The translations under genes and the position numbers were made by a program. Below are positions 25,560 to 38,250 of a DNA stretch of 64,000 bases, in pieces (position 1 is the stretch's first letter; each line of letters opens with the position of its first letter). Source of the DNA: Mytilus californianus (taxonomy: Eukaryota); assembly GCF_021869535.1 (NCBI RefSeq), contig NW_026262679.1:83824001-83888000 (forward strand), written 5' to 3'. A model generated the notes under the pieces. It saw only the letters and a program-made list of their open reading frames with translations. It was not told the origin of the DNA and ran no database searches.

Positions 25560-26301
25560 AACATTTGTTGTTCGACCTGTTAGTCAAATGCGTTTTGTTA
25601 AAATATACTTTTTCACTTTTTTGGTCTTTTGGAAAATGTTGTTTGTGCTGTATTTAGACCCCTCTAACAAGAAATTTATTTTGCATGTACACGTATAAAA
25701 ATTGCGGTTTTTATCCAACGCAATCATAGGTTTGAACGTACGTTGTTTTCAATTTAGACTTGTTTATATTTTTTCGTTTGGGCTTGTATTATATTTGCCT
25801 TCGGGTTTATATGATCCGTTCATCCTATTTTGACTCCTCAAAATTCAGGAGTCTATCCTAAATTGAGGTAAATCATATGGCCTTCCAAATACCGTTTCGA
25901 TTCCCAACATCACTGAAGAGACATTAATTGTCGAAATCCGGATATGGTGTACAAAAATCTTTGTACCTTTGTTTGCGGTATACCATCTTTGCCGCAAGTT
26001 TATTGTTTTCTGTTTGGTATTTAATTTACAATTAAGATCCATTTATTACACCTTGTGATCCGTGTATTTGGCAATCGCCAATGGCAGTCAGCAGGGTTTA
26101 AGAACATTTGTTGTTCTACCTGTTAGTCAAATGCGTTTTGTTAAAATATACTTTTTCACTTTTTTGGTCTTTTGGAAAATGTTGTTTGTGCTGTATTTAG
26201 ACCACTCTAACAAGAAATTTGTTTTGCATGCACATGTATAAAAATTGCGGTTTTTATCCAACACAATCATAGGTTTGAACGTTGTTTTCAATTTAGACTT
26301 G
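25560..26301 (+). mobile_element. Retrozyme-like repeat locus 1: 1.4 units of a 543-bp monomer with one hammerhead
   Basis: AATGCGTTTTG at 25587 and 26130 (period 543); highly similar to 40022-41251. Confidence 0.8.
25908..25949 (+). ncRNA. Type-I hammerhead ribozyme
   Basis: CATCA-CTGAAGA-GACA-TTAAT-TGTC-GAAA-TCCGGAT-A-TGGTG: stem I CAUCA/UGGUG, stem II GACA/UGUC, palindromic stem III AUCCGGAU; predicted cleavage after A25944. Confidence 0.85.
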
Positions 26302-29248
26302 TCCTTTATATTAAGGTATATAGGTAAAAAAAATTCAGAGACAAACGCCTGTGTATATAAAAAAGAAGATGTGGTATGATTGCCAATGAGACAACTCTCC
26401 ACAAGAGACCTAATGACACAGAAATTAACAACTATAGGTCACCATACAGCCTTCAACAATGAACAAAGCCCATATACCGCATAGTAGTTTACCTGTGATT
26501 TAAAATAGTTTATAATTAAATTTTGATTTTTTTTCTTTCTATAACAGTATCTATGTTGCATTGACAATTTGTCAGCATATTCAAACTAGGGAAGAAGTCA
26601 CTCTTGTTTTTATGTCCTTATAATGTTGCATTATTCAACAAGATGTCATTTCTTCTGGGTATAGGTGGAACGTCCATCATGTTTGCTGAACTTGAATTTT
26701 TCTCATTTCCTTCACATCAATAACAAAAATGTTGTATTTGAATTTTTATTCATCAACATAAACCTGAATATTAAGTTCATTTTTTTTACATAACGCTAAG
26801 AACAAATACATGTATGTTACTTTACGTTAAGTAATTCAAATGTGGTAATAAACATTTTCCAACTTTTTTCCTAAAACTTTAGAACTTCCACTATTCTGAG
26901 ACTACTATATCACATAGTCTTATAGTAGTCTCAACACTATTGAGACTATAATCTATAAATTAAATTTGCTAAAAACAACACATACTAGATAGATATCATT
27001 ATGCACCAAGCATTTATATATGTATATTAATGAAAAACAATGCATAAAACAAGTGCAATAGCACACATACATATAATATAAAAACATAATCTTCACATAC
27101 AATACCACAAATATGTTTCGTTGAAGACCTGTTGGTGGCCTTCTGCTGTTGTCTGTTCTGTGGTCGGGTTGTTGTCTCTTTGACACATTCCCCGTTTCCA
27201 TTCTCAATTTTATTTAAAACTTTTTGGGAAAACAATGTAACGTAAAAATACATTGTATGGTTGTAGGCTGAATGTGTAGCTAAAAGTAAATTAGTCATGT
27301 ACATCTTGATATAAGTATCTAAAAGTAAAACACTGATAAACACCATTTATATTAAAATATTGAAGAAGGTTTTCTAATGCAGATATCTATTCCATAACGT
27401 TAAGTACCTTTTTAAGTTTTTTTTTATAAATTTTTTTTATTATCAAGCAAACAAATTTGACTTACATGTATAAAAAGACCAACAAATTGACTTAAATGTA
27501 TAAAAAGACCAATTGTTTATCAAATCAAATCTTTGACATTCTTTGGTTTTCTGTTATATGATATTTACAACCCCTATCAAGTGATGTAAATACCAGATAA
27601 AACTGAATCAGTTTACTGCTACACCATGGATGCATATATGATATGCCCTTCGTCTTATTTTGAACATTTTTAAGTTATAAAATGAAAATTAAAAAAAAAA
27701 TTATGAAGATCTGTTAAAAAAAACTTGAGCTATCAAGAGATGTACTTGGACAGATGGATGTATGAATCATCAGACAGACAATGGCATACATTTTATTGGT
27801 TATTTATATAAATTTGTAAATACAAAAAACAAGAAAATAGGCACAATATTTCCTCAGTCATTTTGTTTAGTCAAACTCAAGGAAACATTGATAGAAATTT
27901 ATTCATTTCTATGTGAAAATGCAACATTTCATAACATACATGTATGCAAAAGTATACACAAAAACAATTTTTTTTTGTAACTAACTAAAAACAATAAAAT
28001 TAAAGAATGCTTGACTCATATTTTTAACTGCAGAGTATTCCTAAATTTTGTGTACCCTCTCAGTTTTGTCCTATGCTATGAATTAAAACTTTAACCTAGC
28101 AATCCAAAATAATATCTCAAATAGTTTTTTAAAAACATAATATCAAATATACTTCTAGTGAAATATTTAGAAATTTTTATAGTTATCTTTTATGCAGTTT
28201 ATGGCTATATATATTCTTCCCATACATATGAAAATCACAGATTGTCCAGTTGGTAAAAAAAGTCAATTTTCAGCAGACTGTATGCATATTTAAAGTCCTT
28301 AGCCATGTTAACATTTCTTACAAGGGAGACAACTGTGCTATCCTTGCAACATATTCGAGTGAAACAACAGATTCACTATACAATGGGAAGTAACTCTTGT
28401 TAAAAATAATTCAATTCTCAACAACCATAAAATTGAATTAGTACATTACAGTTTTTCAGTCAGTAGACATGGTAGATATGGTTGTTGTAAAACAATTACA
28501 TTTTTTGCTGCTGTCAAAGTTTTAAGAGACACATTTAAGTGTCTGTCAATGGACCTGTCAGGAACAAAATTCAACATTTGCATTCTAAACCAATAATCAA
28601 AATGAGTTAATTGCATAAAAAAACTTTTTTTTTCTAGTTGCTTCTAGCAGCTTACAAAAACTGTTTAATAAAGCAACCATGAGAGTTACAAAAGTGAAAA
28701 TTGTTTTTTATACTTTGTTGCTTTCTTTTAAAAATTTTAGTCACAGTAAAAATGTATAGACGCATTGAGAATCTAAATGTATATAGTTTTAACAATTAAA
28801 CCCTTAAGATCAAGGCCATAAAAAAAAACATGTTTGTTTGCCCTAACCCTACCTACCCAGAAAAACTTCAATTTCTCTTTGCGAAAAAAAAAAGAAAATG
28901 CCTACCTACCTACCCAATGTTTACCTTTGGGTAATGTTTGGGCAAACCCAAATATTTTTATGTGTGGCCCAGACGTCACATGGATTTAAAAGATATTTGA
29001 AAGGCACAACAGGTAATATTATAAGGTCTAGAACTTATATTAATTATTTTTTTACCTACTGACCCTAAATATCTCAATCAACTGGATGGATGATCTTTTC
29101 ATGTTAACTGAATAAGTTTGAGTGAAAAAAAACACAAATTTGTACCAGTACCCCAAATTCATGTTTTAAAAAGATCCAATTCAAATTGTCTAATTAAGTT
29201 CATTTGATTTTTGCATTTTAATATCTATAGTGATTATATATTAATTAA

Positions 29249-29875
29249 GAAATAATTCATGGGGGCTTGAATATATCGTGATTTTACCACGGGTTGGCCC
29301 TTTATGACAAATATTTTACCCTGAGCGATAGCGAGGGGTAAAATATCGGCATAAAGAGACAACCCGTGGTAAAATCACGATATATTCAAGCCCCCATGAA
29401 TTATTTCGATTCTAATAGGACAAATACGGCAATTCTTTTGGGATGAAGCGCTCTAGGTGAAGGCATTATTTGCCATTCCCATAAATAAACGCACTATTAA
29501 ATTGACGTAAAAGAACGGAGCAAACTGAATAAATGGCATGCTTAAACTATTTACAATGACATATTTAGACAGGTTTGAATGAATCTAAATGATAATTGTA
29601 TTTATATATCTTATATGGAAACAAAAAATGGCTTATATAACACATTTTAGCATCGTTTGTTTATGTTTCCTTGTTGTGATGATTTTCGGTTTCACAAGCG
29701 TGTGTTTTCCCGTAAAATGCTTATATTCTTACGTCATCGTTCTATGACGTCGGGTAGCTCATTCATAAAAAAAGCATATGACGCGGGAGTACGATCGGAA
29801 CAGCCCAAACAATATATTCATATTTTACCACGGGTGTGTACTCAAAGCGTTTGAAGAACGTCATGTTAGAATTAA
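29249..29875. mobile_element. Palindrome-headed non-autonomous element, family unassigned
   Basis: Perfect 48-bp inverted repeat 29249-29296 / 29360-29407; third ATTTTACCACGGG near 29822; imperfect IR ATTCTAATAGGAC / GTCATGTTAGAAT. Confidence 0.5.
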
Positions 29876-30903
29876 CATTATACCCAAGATTGTCAGCATT
29901 ATTTACAAATATGCATAGGAAACTGAATTAACAAAACAAATTAAACTTTCCTCCAAATTAAAAAAATAAATACGGTAGTCTTCAGCATGTTCAATTAATC
30001 AGCTCTAGAAGTTTTGGCATTGTAACTCCAGAAGAAAAATTATCTTGGAAAGAAGAATTCAGAAAAAAAAATTCCTATTGATTATTCTGACTTTTTATCT
30101 GATAAAAAAAAATAATGATTGTTTTGTTTTAAAAATTACTCAGAGGAAATAAGTTGCACTATTCCTGCAAAATGCAATTTCTAGTATAATTGCCAACTGA
30201 TCAGCATGAAGTAAAAGCTTATAAAGTGGGAACCCTGGCCAATAATCAATACTGTAAAGAATCTATTAGTATCTAACAGTGGCGTAGCTACTGGAAAAAG
30301 TAAGGGGGCAGCAGTCCCCATAAGCTGAACGATCATAGTAAAATTTTTATTGAAAATTTTTTTTTTATAAAATTATTTGTAAGCACATGCTTACATTTGC
30401 TACACTGGTGCTACACTGCTGTCTAAGATGAAATTTGAATTTGACCACTCAGAATCAAGAATTGTCTCTTGCAGCTAAGTTTTTTGCCTGACCAGAAAAT
30501 AATTGGATTTTTTCAAGGAATCTCATACATTATCTAGATAGTTGATTTTTCATCCGATCAAAATAAGTGAGGACTTTTTATATAAAACTTCTATGCATTT
30601 TCGTGCTCTGATACAGTGTATAAAAAAAAATATGCTTTATTTATGATCTTATGACATTGAATTTGTTAAGTCTGTTTTAAATTTTAACTGTTTTGGTAGT
30701 TTCAGCTGAGATAATGAAAACGTAAATTGTTAAGGGATGGATGGTGGTCAGCTAGTCATGCCAGTAGTTGCAATTGCACACGCTTGCAATCAGTTGACAT
30801 TTTAACTTATAGATATAGAAAGCTCATGATTAAAACCAGTATACATTAAAATGGGACAACATCCCGCAATCTAAAAGTATCACAGACATTGTTTTGTGCA
30901 GTA

Positions 30904-33221
30904 TTAACCATTTCCAAATCGATCATATCTGTTTTGTTTAACCCATCCATGAGCATTTTTCATGTGAGTGTATAAATTATCCAGTCGACTATATTTTGAA
31001 TGACAATAGGTACAACGGTGCTCTTCTCCCATATGGCTTCTAATGTGTCTACGTAAACATTCTCGCGAACTAAGGTCTGTGTTACATATTGTACAACCAA
31101 ACATACTTGGTATCTCTGCAGGATGGTTCATTTTGTGGTCAACTGCTGTCTGTATGTCATTAAACATAAAGCCACATACCCTGCATATCGGTGTCACAGA
31201 ACTTAAACTAGTGCCAGATCTGCCCTTTTTCAATGATCGGTTATTCATCTGTGATTTTCCTTCAGAATGATTGATTGAAGTTGTCTGTGAACTTGATGGA
31301 CTGTTTTCATTAGGAGTATAAATGCTCATGTTTGAATGATAAATTGAGTTCTTCTGAGAACTTTTTGGACTATTTTCATTGGTAGTATAATGAACCATAT
31401 TTGAATTTTCTATGTGCATGACATTGTCCTGAACATTTTCAACTAACTGTTTTGCTAACTGATGAGAAAATTCACCTAGTTTCCCAATATCTATGATCTG
31501 TGAGTCTTGACTTGTATCATAAGATTCCATTTTAACGTCGGATTCCAGTATATTTGAATTATCTCCCTTATTTTGTGTGTCATTACAAGGATCAATTTCT
31601 TCCGAGTGATAAGATAAAATGTGACGCTTCAGATGGTCGATTTGTTCAAAGTTCAAACTACATGAGCTACAAGTATAGTTCATTATTTGTTTAGGAAGTT
31701 CCATTTTTTCCTTTTCTTGTAGATTTTCTGCATCTGAAGAGCTAGAGCTGGGTTTGTGTGACTGGTTTTCTGTAGACAGTTCACTTGCATTACTTTCCAT
31801 TTCTTCTATTTCTGAACAGGTATTTGGTTCTGTTGTAAAAACCGTATTTGTTAGGTCGGAATTTTCTAGTTCAGAGGATGGCTTGTCTGCCCTAACATTT
31901 ACGACTTCTAAAAGATCATCATCAGAGGTTAAATCAATATGATTTTCTGAAGAGTTTGACATTGAACAATCTGGAGTTTTTCTGACTTCAAAACCACTGT
32001 TTATTGTTTTCTCTGCGGTATTTAACGGATAAGGAAATTGATCAGAAGACAAACTTGTAGACGATGACAATGATGGAGTCTGAGTCTGCATTCTTGATGA
32101 ATTTGGGATGGGTGGTTTTGGTACTTTGGCAATAGTATTTATTTTAGATAATTGTGAAATGGAACGATGGTAAGAATTCCTAACCTGACACCTCCAACTA
32201 CTTACACCAGTTGTATAATGTTTCTTTATGTGAGTATTTAGATTGTCTTTTCGTTTATATGCACAGTGACAAAGAGAACACTTATAAAGAATACTCTGAA
32301 CATGGCCGATACAATGACGCCTCATGTTGCAATAGGATCCAAATTTTGCCTCACAAACACAGCAAGCAAGATGAAGATTATGTTGGTCTGAATGTAACAT
32401 AATGTCATTACAAGACTCTAATTTCTGTTGACAAAGCTTGCAGTAAACATCTTGTTTCTTATCCCTTGTGACAACCAGAGATTTAATTCTCATGAATTTG
32501 GGTTTTACCTTCAACATCCTCCTCTCATGTGGTGCTTCAACAACTTTTGGTATATTCAGAGAACTCTGTTTCTGAACATGTTGACCTTCTGCACCATTTA
32601 TTGGCTGTTCACCTACAACCATTTGAACAGTTTTTGGAATTTTCCTTGGAATCTGGATATTATCTTGAATAACTGGAGTCACCATTTGAACAGTTTTAGG
32701 AATTTTCCCTGGAATCTGGATATTATCTTGAATAACTGCAGTCACCATAGGAACAGTTTTGGGTATACTTGTTGGTACATTTGGTATATGAACACTTCTT
32801 ACTGTAGCAGAGGTTAATTGATTTAAAGATCTTGTTTGGGAAATGTTTGGCACTGTTTTAGATGATGGTTTGAAATTGTTTCGATTTTGATTAACAGGAT
32901 TCCCTGAAAACTGTCTAGATTGCAATGAAGGATCGAGCCTCTGTTTGGAGAAATCAATGATACTAACATTATGATTTTTGGTGAATTCATCATCAATGTT
33001 TCCAGTACTACCAGGAATTTTGTTTTCTTGGCTAAGCGATTCCTTAGATACAAAGTCTGATCTGTATTCAATATGATTGAAACCTTTCTGATTATCATGG
33101 TTAAGGTTTCTTTGTTTGTTGCAATCTACAGTTTGTGTAAAAGATCCTGGCAAAGTGATGACAGAAAGTGATGATGATACTTTATCTTCATTCTGCCACT
33201 CATACTGTTCATTCTTTCCAT
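30904..33221 (-). CDS. ZF-B terminal exon, seven C2H2 zinc fingers (3+1+3); full protein 817 aa
   Basis: ttgtttatcattgcag|AT, phase 1, 2318 nt open to TAA; fingers include CSLCHCAYKRKDNLNTHIKKH and CTYCHSKYSRLDNLYTHMKNAH. Confidence 0.92.
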
Positions 33222-35173
33222 CTGCAATGATAAACAATTTATATTTTAAGTTTTTAATACATCAAACTTGAAACCAGAACTATCTGATAAGCGGGGCTAT
33301 ATTATACCTCGATTCTACATTTAACAAACCTAACCATCCTGAACTTGAATAGTTTGGTGTTGTTGCATCGCTGGCTCATTGACATTCTGTAGTATGTGCC
33401 TGTCAAAAGTCAGAAGCCTGTAATTTAGTGGTTGTCGTTTGTTGCTGTATATCTGACTATATCATATTTGTTTTTTGTTAACTGTTTGTATATAAATCGG
33501 CCCATTAGTTTTCTTGTTTGAATTGCTTTACATTGGTCATTTCAGAGCCTTTCATAGGTGGCAATACAGCACAAGTTTTGCTCATTGACGAAGCCATACA
33601 GTCCTATAATTCTTTATATCCTAATTATTTGTTGGATACATGTAGTTGTTTAATTGGCAATCATATACAATATACCACATTTCCTTATTTTATATGTAAT
33701 ACATGTTATAATCTCCACTCTGCGAAATTTAAGCTGTGGAGATTCTTGATGACTGTGGGTTGGACCTTTTGCTATTAACTGATACAAGGATAATAATAAA
33801 TCTTGCTTTTATAATTAATCACAGGTGGTACTTTAGCAGTCAGAACTCAGACAAAAACAAGTCTTTTTTTTTCGTTTCAGGCTTAAACTAGTCAAATCAA
33901 TGTATTTTGAAACAAAAATGTGTACAATTTTGGACTTGTCTAAGTCACAAAATGACAGACTTGTTTAAGTCAATCTATGCTTCATAACATAGCATGAAAA
34001 CACTTTTTTTTTCACTTTGTGGTCAAAGGACATCACCTATGACAATAAAACTTTGCTGAGAATTTACAAGGACCTAAGTTTTCTTGAAGTAATGATCTGA
34101 TTAAACAGTTTTTCATTGCATCTTTGTTTTTGTCAGTTTCAGTGGTTGCATTAGAAAGTGAATGAACATTACCTCCATTTTTTTTAGAACCAACTCATAT
34201 TTTTTTCAGAAGTTCAGAAGACAAAGCATTGGCTTACAATGCTGTCTAAATTTCATGTACATGTGTACAATGTAGGTGCTTGAACTTTTTATATTTTTAC
34301 ATATGGATCTTGAAGTTAACCTATTTTTGTAACTTTATAGATTTGAAGAAGACATAAATTGCAACATTTTGATACCATGGATACAGGTCAAATATTTTTT
34401 GCTTTACATTAATTGACTTTATGAACTCAAAGGGAGAGAACCAATAAAACATACAAATAAGTCCATTACAAGTTAAATAAAAAGCAAAATCAGACTTATT
34501 TATGTCGGAGTTCTGACTGTTTAAGGAACTTCTCCTCTGGGGAGAGTCTTTTTTACATCTGAATATTGTTTTCTCAGAGAAGTCACCAGGTATATGTAGT
34601 AATCAGTTTAGGGGTTCCAAGTCTGAGTTCCAAGTCTGGAGCCATTTCCTGATTTTGCCCCCTTATCCTACTGATGAAAGAACTACACTCCCACATAGAA
34701 CAATTTTCGAGGTAAAATCCGTAATTTTTGTTGTTATGAACCATAATTTAATTTTGTTTTACTGTCAATGTGCTACCTGCTGCCCATAGACCTTTAATGC
34801 TATTTGGAATTCTGCACCACTTGACCCGAGAATCTGCGCCTCTTGAACTTTTGACATCATACAACAATCACTTTTCCATTGTGGCGTCAGATATTTTCTA
34901 TCAGTCGTCAAAATTTTAAGGGAACCTTTGTGATGTCCAGTAATGGCAGACAAATAGCGATAAGGTGTATTATTGGCATTAAAAAAAATGATTTTGTGAA
35001 GAGCTGAGCAGAGTGATACATCATACAGTTATTACAGATAGATGAACACTGATAACATCCAATTCATATAAATTAGGTGTTTGTTAAAAATATCAGGAAG
35101 TGTTACGATGTAGAAAGGAGAACTGAACTTTTATATATATAAGAATAATTTAGCTTTTCACAATGTGTCTTAC

Positions 35174-35309
35174 CAAGTGGTTGAACAAAAACCACTGAAA
35201 CAGCCCCAACAATTTTTAGTCCATTTTTGTCAAAAGAATGACGACTTAAAACTGTCAATTCTTGATTATTATTATCATATTCTGTATGCGCAAAGTTCTG
35301 GATAACCAT
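35174..35309 (-). CDS. ZF-B coding exon 1: MVIQNFAHTEYDNNNQELTVLSRHSFDKNGLKIVGAVSVVFVQPL(D)
   Basis: Acceptor tttcttcag (exon from 35325), ATG 35309, donor CTTG|gtaaga phase 1; 136+2318 nt = 818 codons. Confidence 0.83.
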
Positions 35310-35570
35310 TTTGCAGTAGAATGTACTGAAGAAACATTGAAAAGTTCCAAAACTTCCTTCTTGGACTTTCCAAGGGAGATAACTGTAAACCCAAACAATT
35401 TGCTTCCGGTTAAGATCTCACTAAGGACGAGAAATAAATTTTCTAAGAGCAATGTACTCAAACGTAAATCTTTGGTTATTATTAGTATCTTTTCAGGGAT
35501 TTAACTGTACATAATGTTATTTTTAAATAGTTAGGTATTCACTTAATAATTTTTATAAGGATTAACCAAC

Positions 35571-35630
35571 CTTAATTCAGTAAGGTTGGTGTACTCCAAC
35601 TATTGGAGGAAGATATAGAGGAAAGAAGAA
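35571..35630 (-). other. Putative non-coding first exon of ZF-B
   Basis: Donor AAG|gttggt at 35571/35570, directly next to a bZIP-site cluster; the 5' boundary is a guess. Confidence 0.35.
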
Positions 35631-35637
35631 GGTTAGA

Positions 35638-35681
35638 TGACGTCAAATTATTCTAATGAATTACGTAATACATGACGTCAT
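35638..35681. promoter_or_regulatory. Cluster of three bZIP palindromes (CRE, PAR-type, CRE) upstream of ZF-B
   Basis: TGACGTCA 35638-35645, TTACGTAA 35661-35668, TGACGTCA 35673-35680. Confidence 0.55.
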
Positions 35682-36167
35682 ATATACTTTCTGGTTGTAA
35701 TCCATCTCAAAAAAGAATTTCGAAGATGTCCTGTTTATTTAGTGAGTGTTTATTTGAATGTTTATGATTTTGATAAGAAAATGAATTAGGGATTTGGGTT
35801 TATATGAACATATGAAAGTTTACGGACTTTACGGAATGCTAATGTTTTTTCTTCCTTCTTCTAGATCACGACCATTTGATTTCGGAAGGTTTGTCAGGGG
35901 AGAGAATATTCAATTGCCTCTATATTGCTAGGTCACTGCTTATTTATTTCCGTCACGGCCGGCCGTTTTTCGATCTTAGTACACAAATATTTAATACAAT
36001 TTGTAGGTCTGATATATACATATGTATACATTTTCATCCTGTTTAGTTTTTAGGTATTTTTTTCATCAATTTTTATAAGGCCAGAAGATTAATTTCCAAA
36101 ATCCTCCTGCAACATTTACATAATGGGGTTTATTTTTTATTTGTCAGATTATTGTGTTTGTATGTTA

Positions 36168-37643
36168 GGGGACGACCATTTGATATTCTGGGGGGGGGGG
36201 GGGGGTTTGGGGGGGGGGGGGGGGGGGCAGGAGGATTTTGAAAATAAATAACCTGACTTACAATGTATTGAAAATAACTTGGCAGATCTTTTAAGCCATT
36301 TTATAAATGCTATTCTGAAGTATGAGATGGCACCAGATTCTTCCAAAATTCGTCTTTTTTCATATTTTTTTCGGTAAAAACTTCCCAAATCTTTTAATAA
36401 TATAAATATTAATGTATTTGAAATGTTTGAAAATGGGTTCATTTCACTTGAGGTATATTGTCTCGTGAACATTTACCTCACTTTTATTACAGGACCGTAA
36501 CTACATTGAGGCAAATGCCTCATTTTGGAAATTTCAAAACAAAAGCTTGTCTTCATATCAAATTGTTTTCACGGCAAGTGTCTTGCAAGAAGCAAGTTCT
36601 GTTCACCCTCTGACGTAGCCCCTGTTTTTTGAGATCCATGTTTCTCATTTATTTTTTATTTTTCAGTGTTGATTGTCTATAATGTTTGTCGTTTTGTGTT
36701 TTATCTGTTCCCGGGTTTGTCTTTTGTTCATTGATTGCCCTTCTTTATGACTATTCTCTTAGTGTTGCATTCTATTTGTAATTTAGTAATTATGTTTTAA
36801 ACTTGAGTTTTATTATATTTAAGGACCTTTTGTCTATTACAAACTACTTTAAATTGTATCCCAGTTAGAAACTACATCAAATTGTAATTGAAATGTGTTA
36901 TAAAAACTGACTTGACATAGTTATATCAATGATAATCAGCCTCCTCTTAACTTAATTTGAAAAAAAAACATAATTGACAGGTATAAAAGGTTTTTCTGCA
37001 AACTGAAACATTTTTTGCTTTTTCCTACATATTGGTCTTTTGATGCTGTCCCTAAAAACTAAAAGTCTTACACTGAATCTATATATTTTGCTTTGAAACC
37101 AGAATATTGTCAAAAAATTAAAACAGAACTTGCGTTTCAGATTAAGAAAGGGTCTGGGAAACGCGCATAATGCATGATTTTGCGCCATTTTTTCTATAGC
37201 TTCTTGGGGCCTTCAACGAACCCCAGACTCTTCGCTGATTTTTTTTTCGCCTCGCTCCGCTCGGCGAAAATGTTTGAAAACTTTTAAAAGAGGCTAGTTA
37301 CAGCCCAGCTTTAATACCTTGTACGTATGCAATATATGTAGTTTGCAATTCAGAGATTAACTTCCAGAGGATTATGACTAATTCTGATTGACTTAATTGA
37401 CTATGTTATTTATTTAAGAATTTAAAAATTGTATGTTTTCAAATATTATATTATAAATATAATTGTGAAAATAGATAATCTGTCCCTTGTTTTAATGAAA
37501 ATGAAAAATCATGCTTCAACAGTGCAGAAAATAAATAATCTGTCCTTTTGGTCCACAAAAATAAATAACCCATCCAAAAGAAATCCTCCTGCCCGTCCCA
37601 CCCGCCCCCCCCCCCCCCCACAGAATATCAAATGGTCGTCCCC
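36168..37643. mobile_element. PIF/Harbinger-like non-autonomous element with nested inserts
   Basis: TIR GGGGACGACCATTTGATATTCTG at both ends, TTA on both flanks, G/C runs inside the TIRs; another right end at about 48300-48340. Could be two separate MITE ends. Confidence 0.65.
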
Positions 37644-37867
37644 TTACTAGATTGTTTCACTCTGATTATTGGTGTCATGATTGGTCAGCTTGCGTTGTCT
37701 CACTTGTCTTTTATCGATTTTGTGTACGGGCAAACTTACCCGTCGTGGTATTCTAATAGTAAGATACTCAACATCTTTCATGATTTTCATAACACATTGC
37801 AGATACAGGCCTGTACAGAGAAGGTGCATAATATGTATAAACAAACAAAACAAACAAACAAATATTT

Positions 37868-38250
37868 TATAGTTCGTTCTTATGTTGTACTGTTACACCA
37901 CTGTCCCAGGTTAGGGGGAGGGTTGGGATCCCGCGAACATGTTTAACCCCGCCACATTCTGTATGTATGTGCCTGTCCCTAGTCAGGAGACTGTAATTCA
38001 GTGGTTGTCGTTTGTTTATGTGCTACATATTTGTTTTTCGTTCATTTTGTGTACATAAATTAGGCCGTTAGTTTTCTGGTTTGAATTGTTTTACATTGTC
38101 ATTTCGGGGCCTTTTATAGCTGACTGTGCGGTATGGGCTTTGCTCATTGTTGAAGGCCGTACGGTGACATATAGTTGTTAATTTCTGTGTCATTTGGTCT
38201 CTTGTGGAGAGTTGTCTCATTGGCAATCATACCACATCTTCTTTTTTATA
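37868..38250. repeat. Long copy of the dominant dispersed repeat (AAGAAGATGTGGTATGATTGCCAATGAGACAACT family)
   Basis: Fragments recur near 5950, 10970, 11700, 14240, 22040, 26360, 33400, 38750, 48420, 60570 and 63090. Confidence 0.75.

Noticed and set aside
26127-26402. 91-aa ORF here and the related 120-aa ORF at 39800-40162
   Set aside because: Antisense translations of the retrozyme unit; their similarity comes from the repeat.
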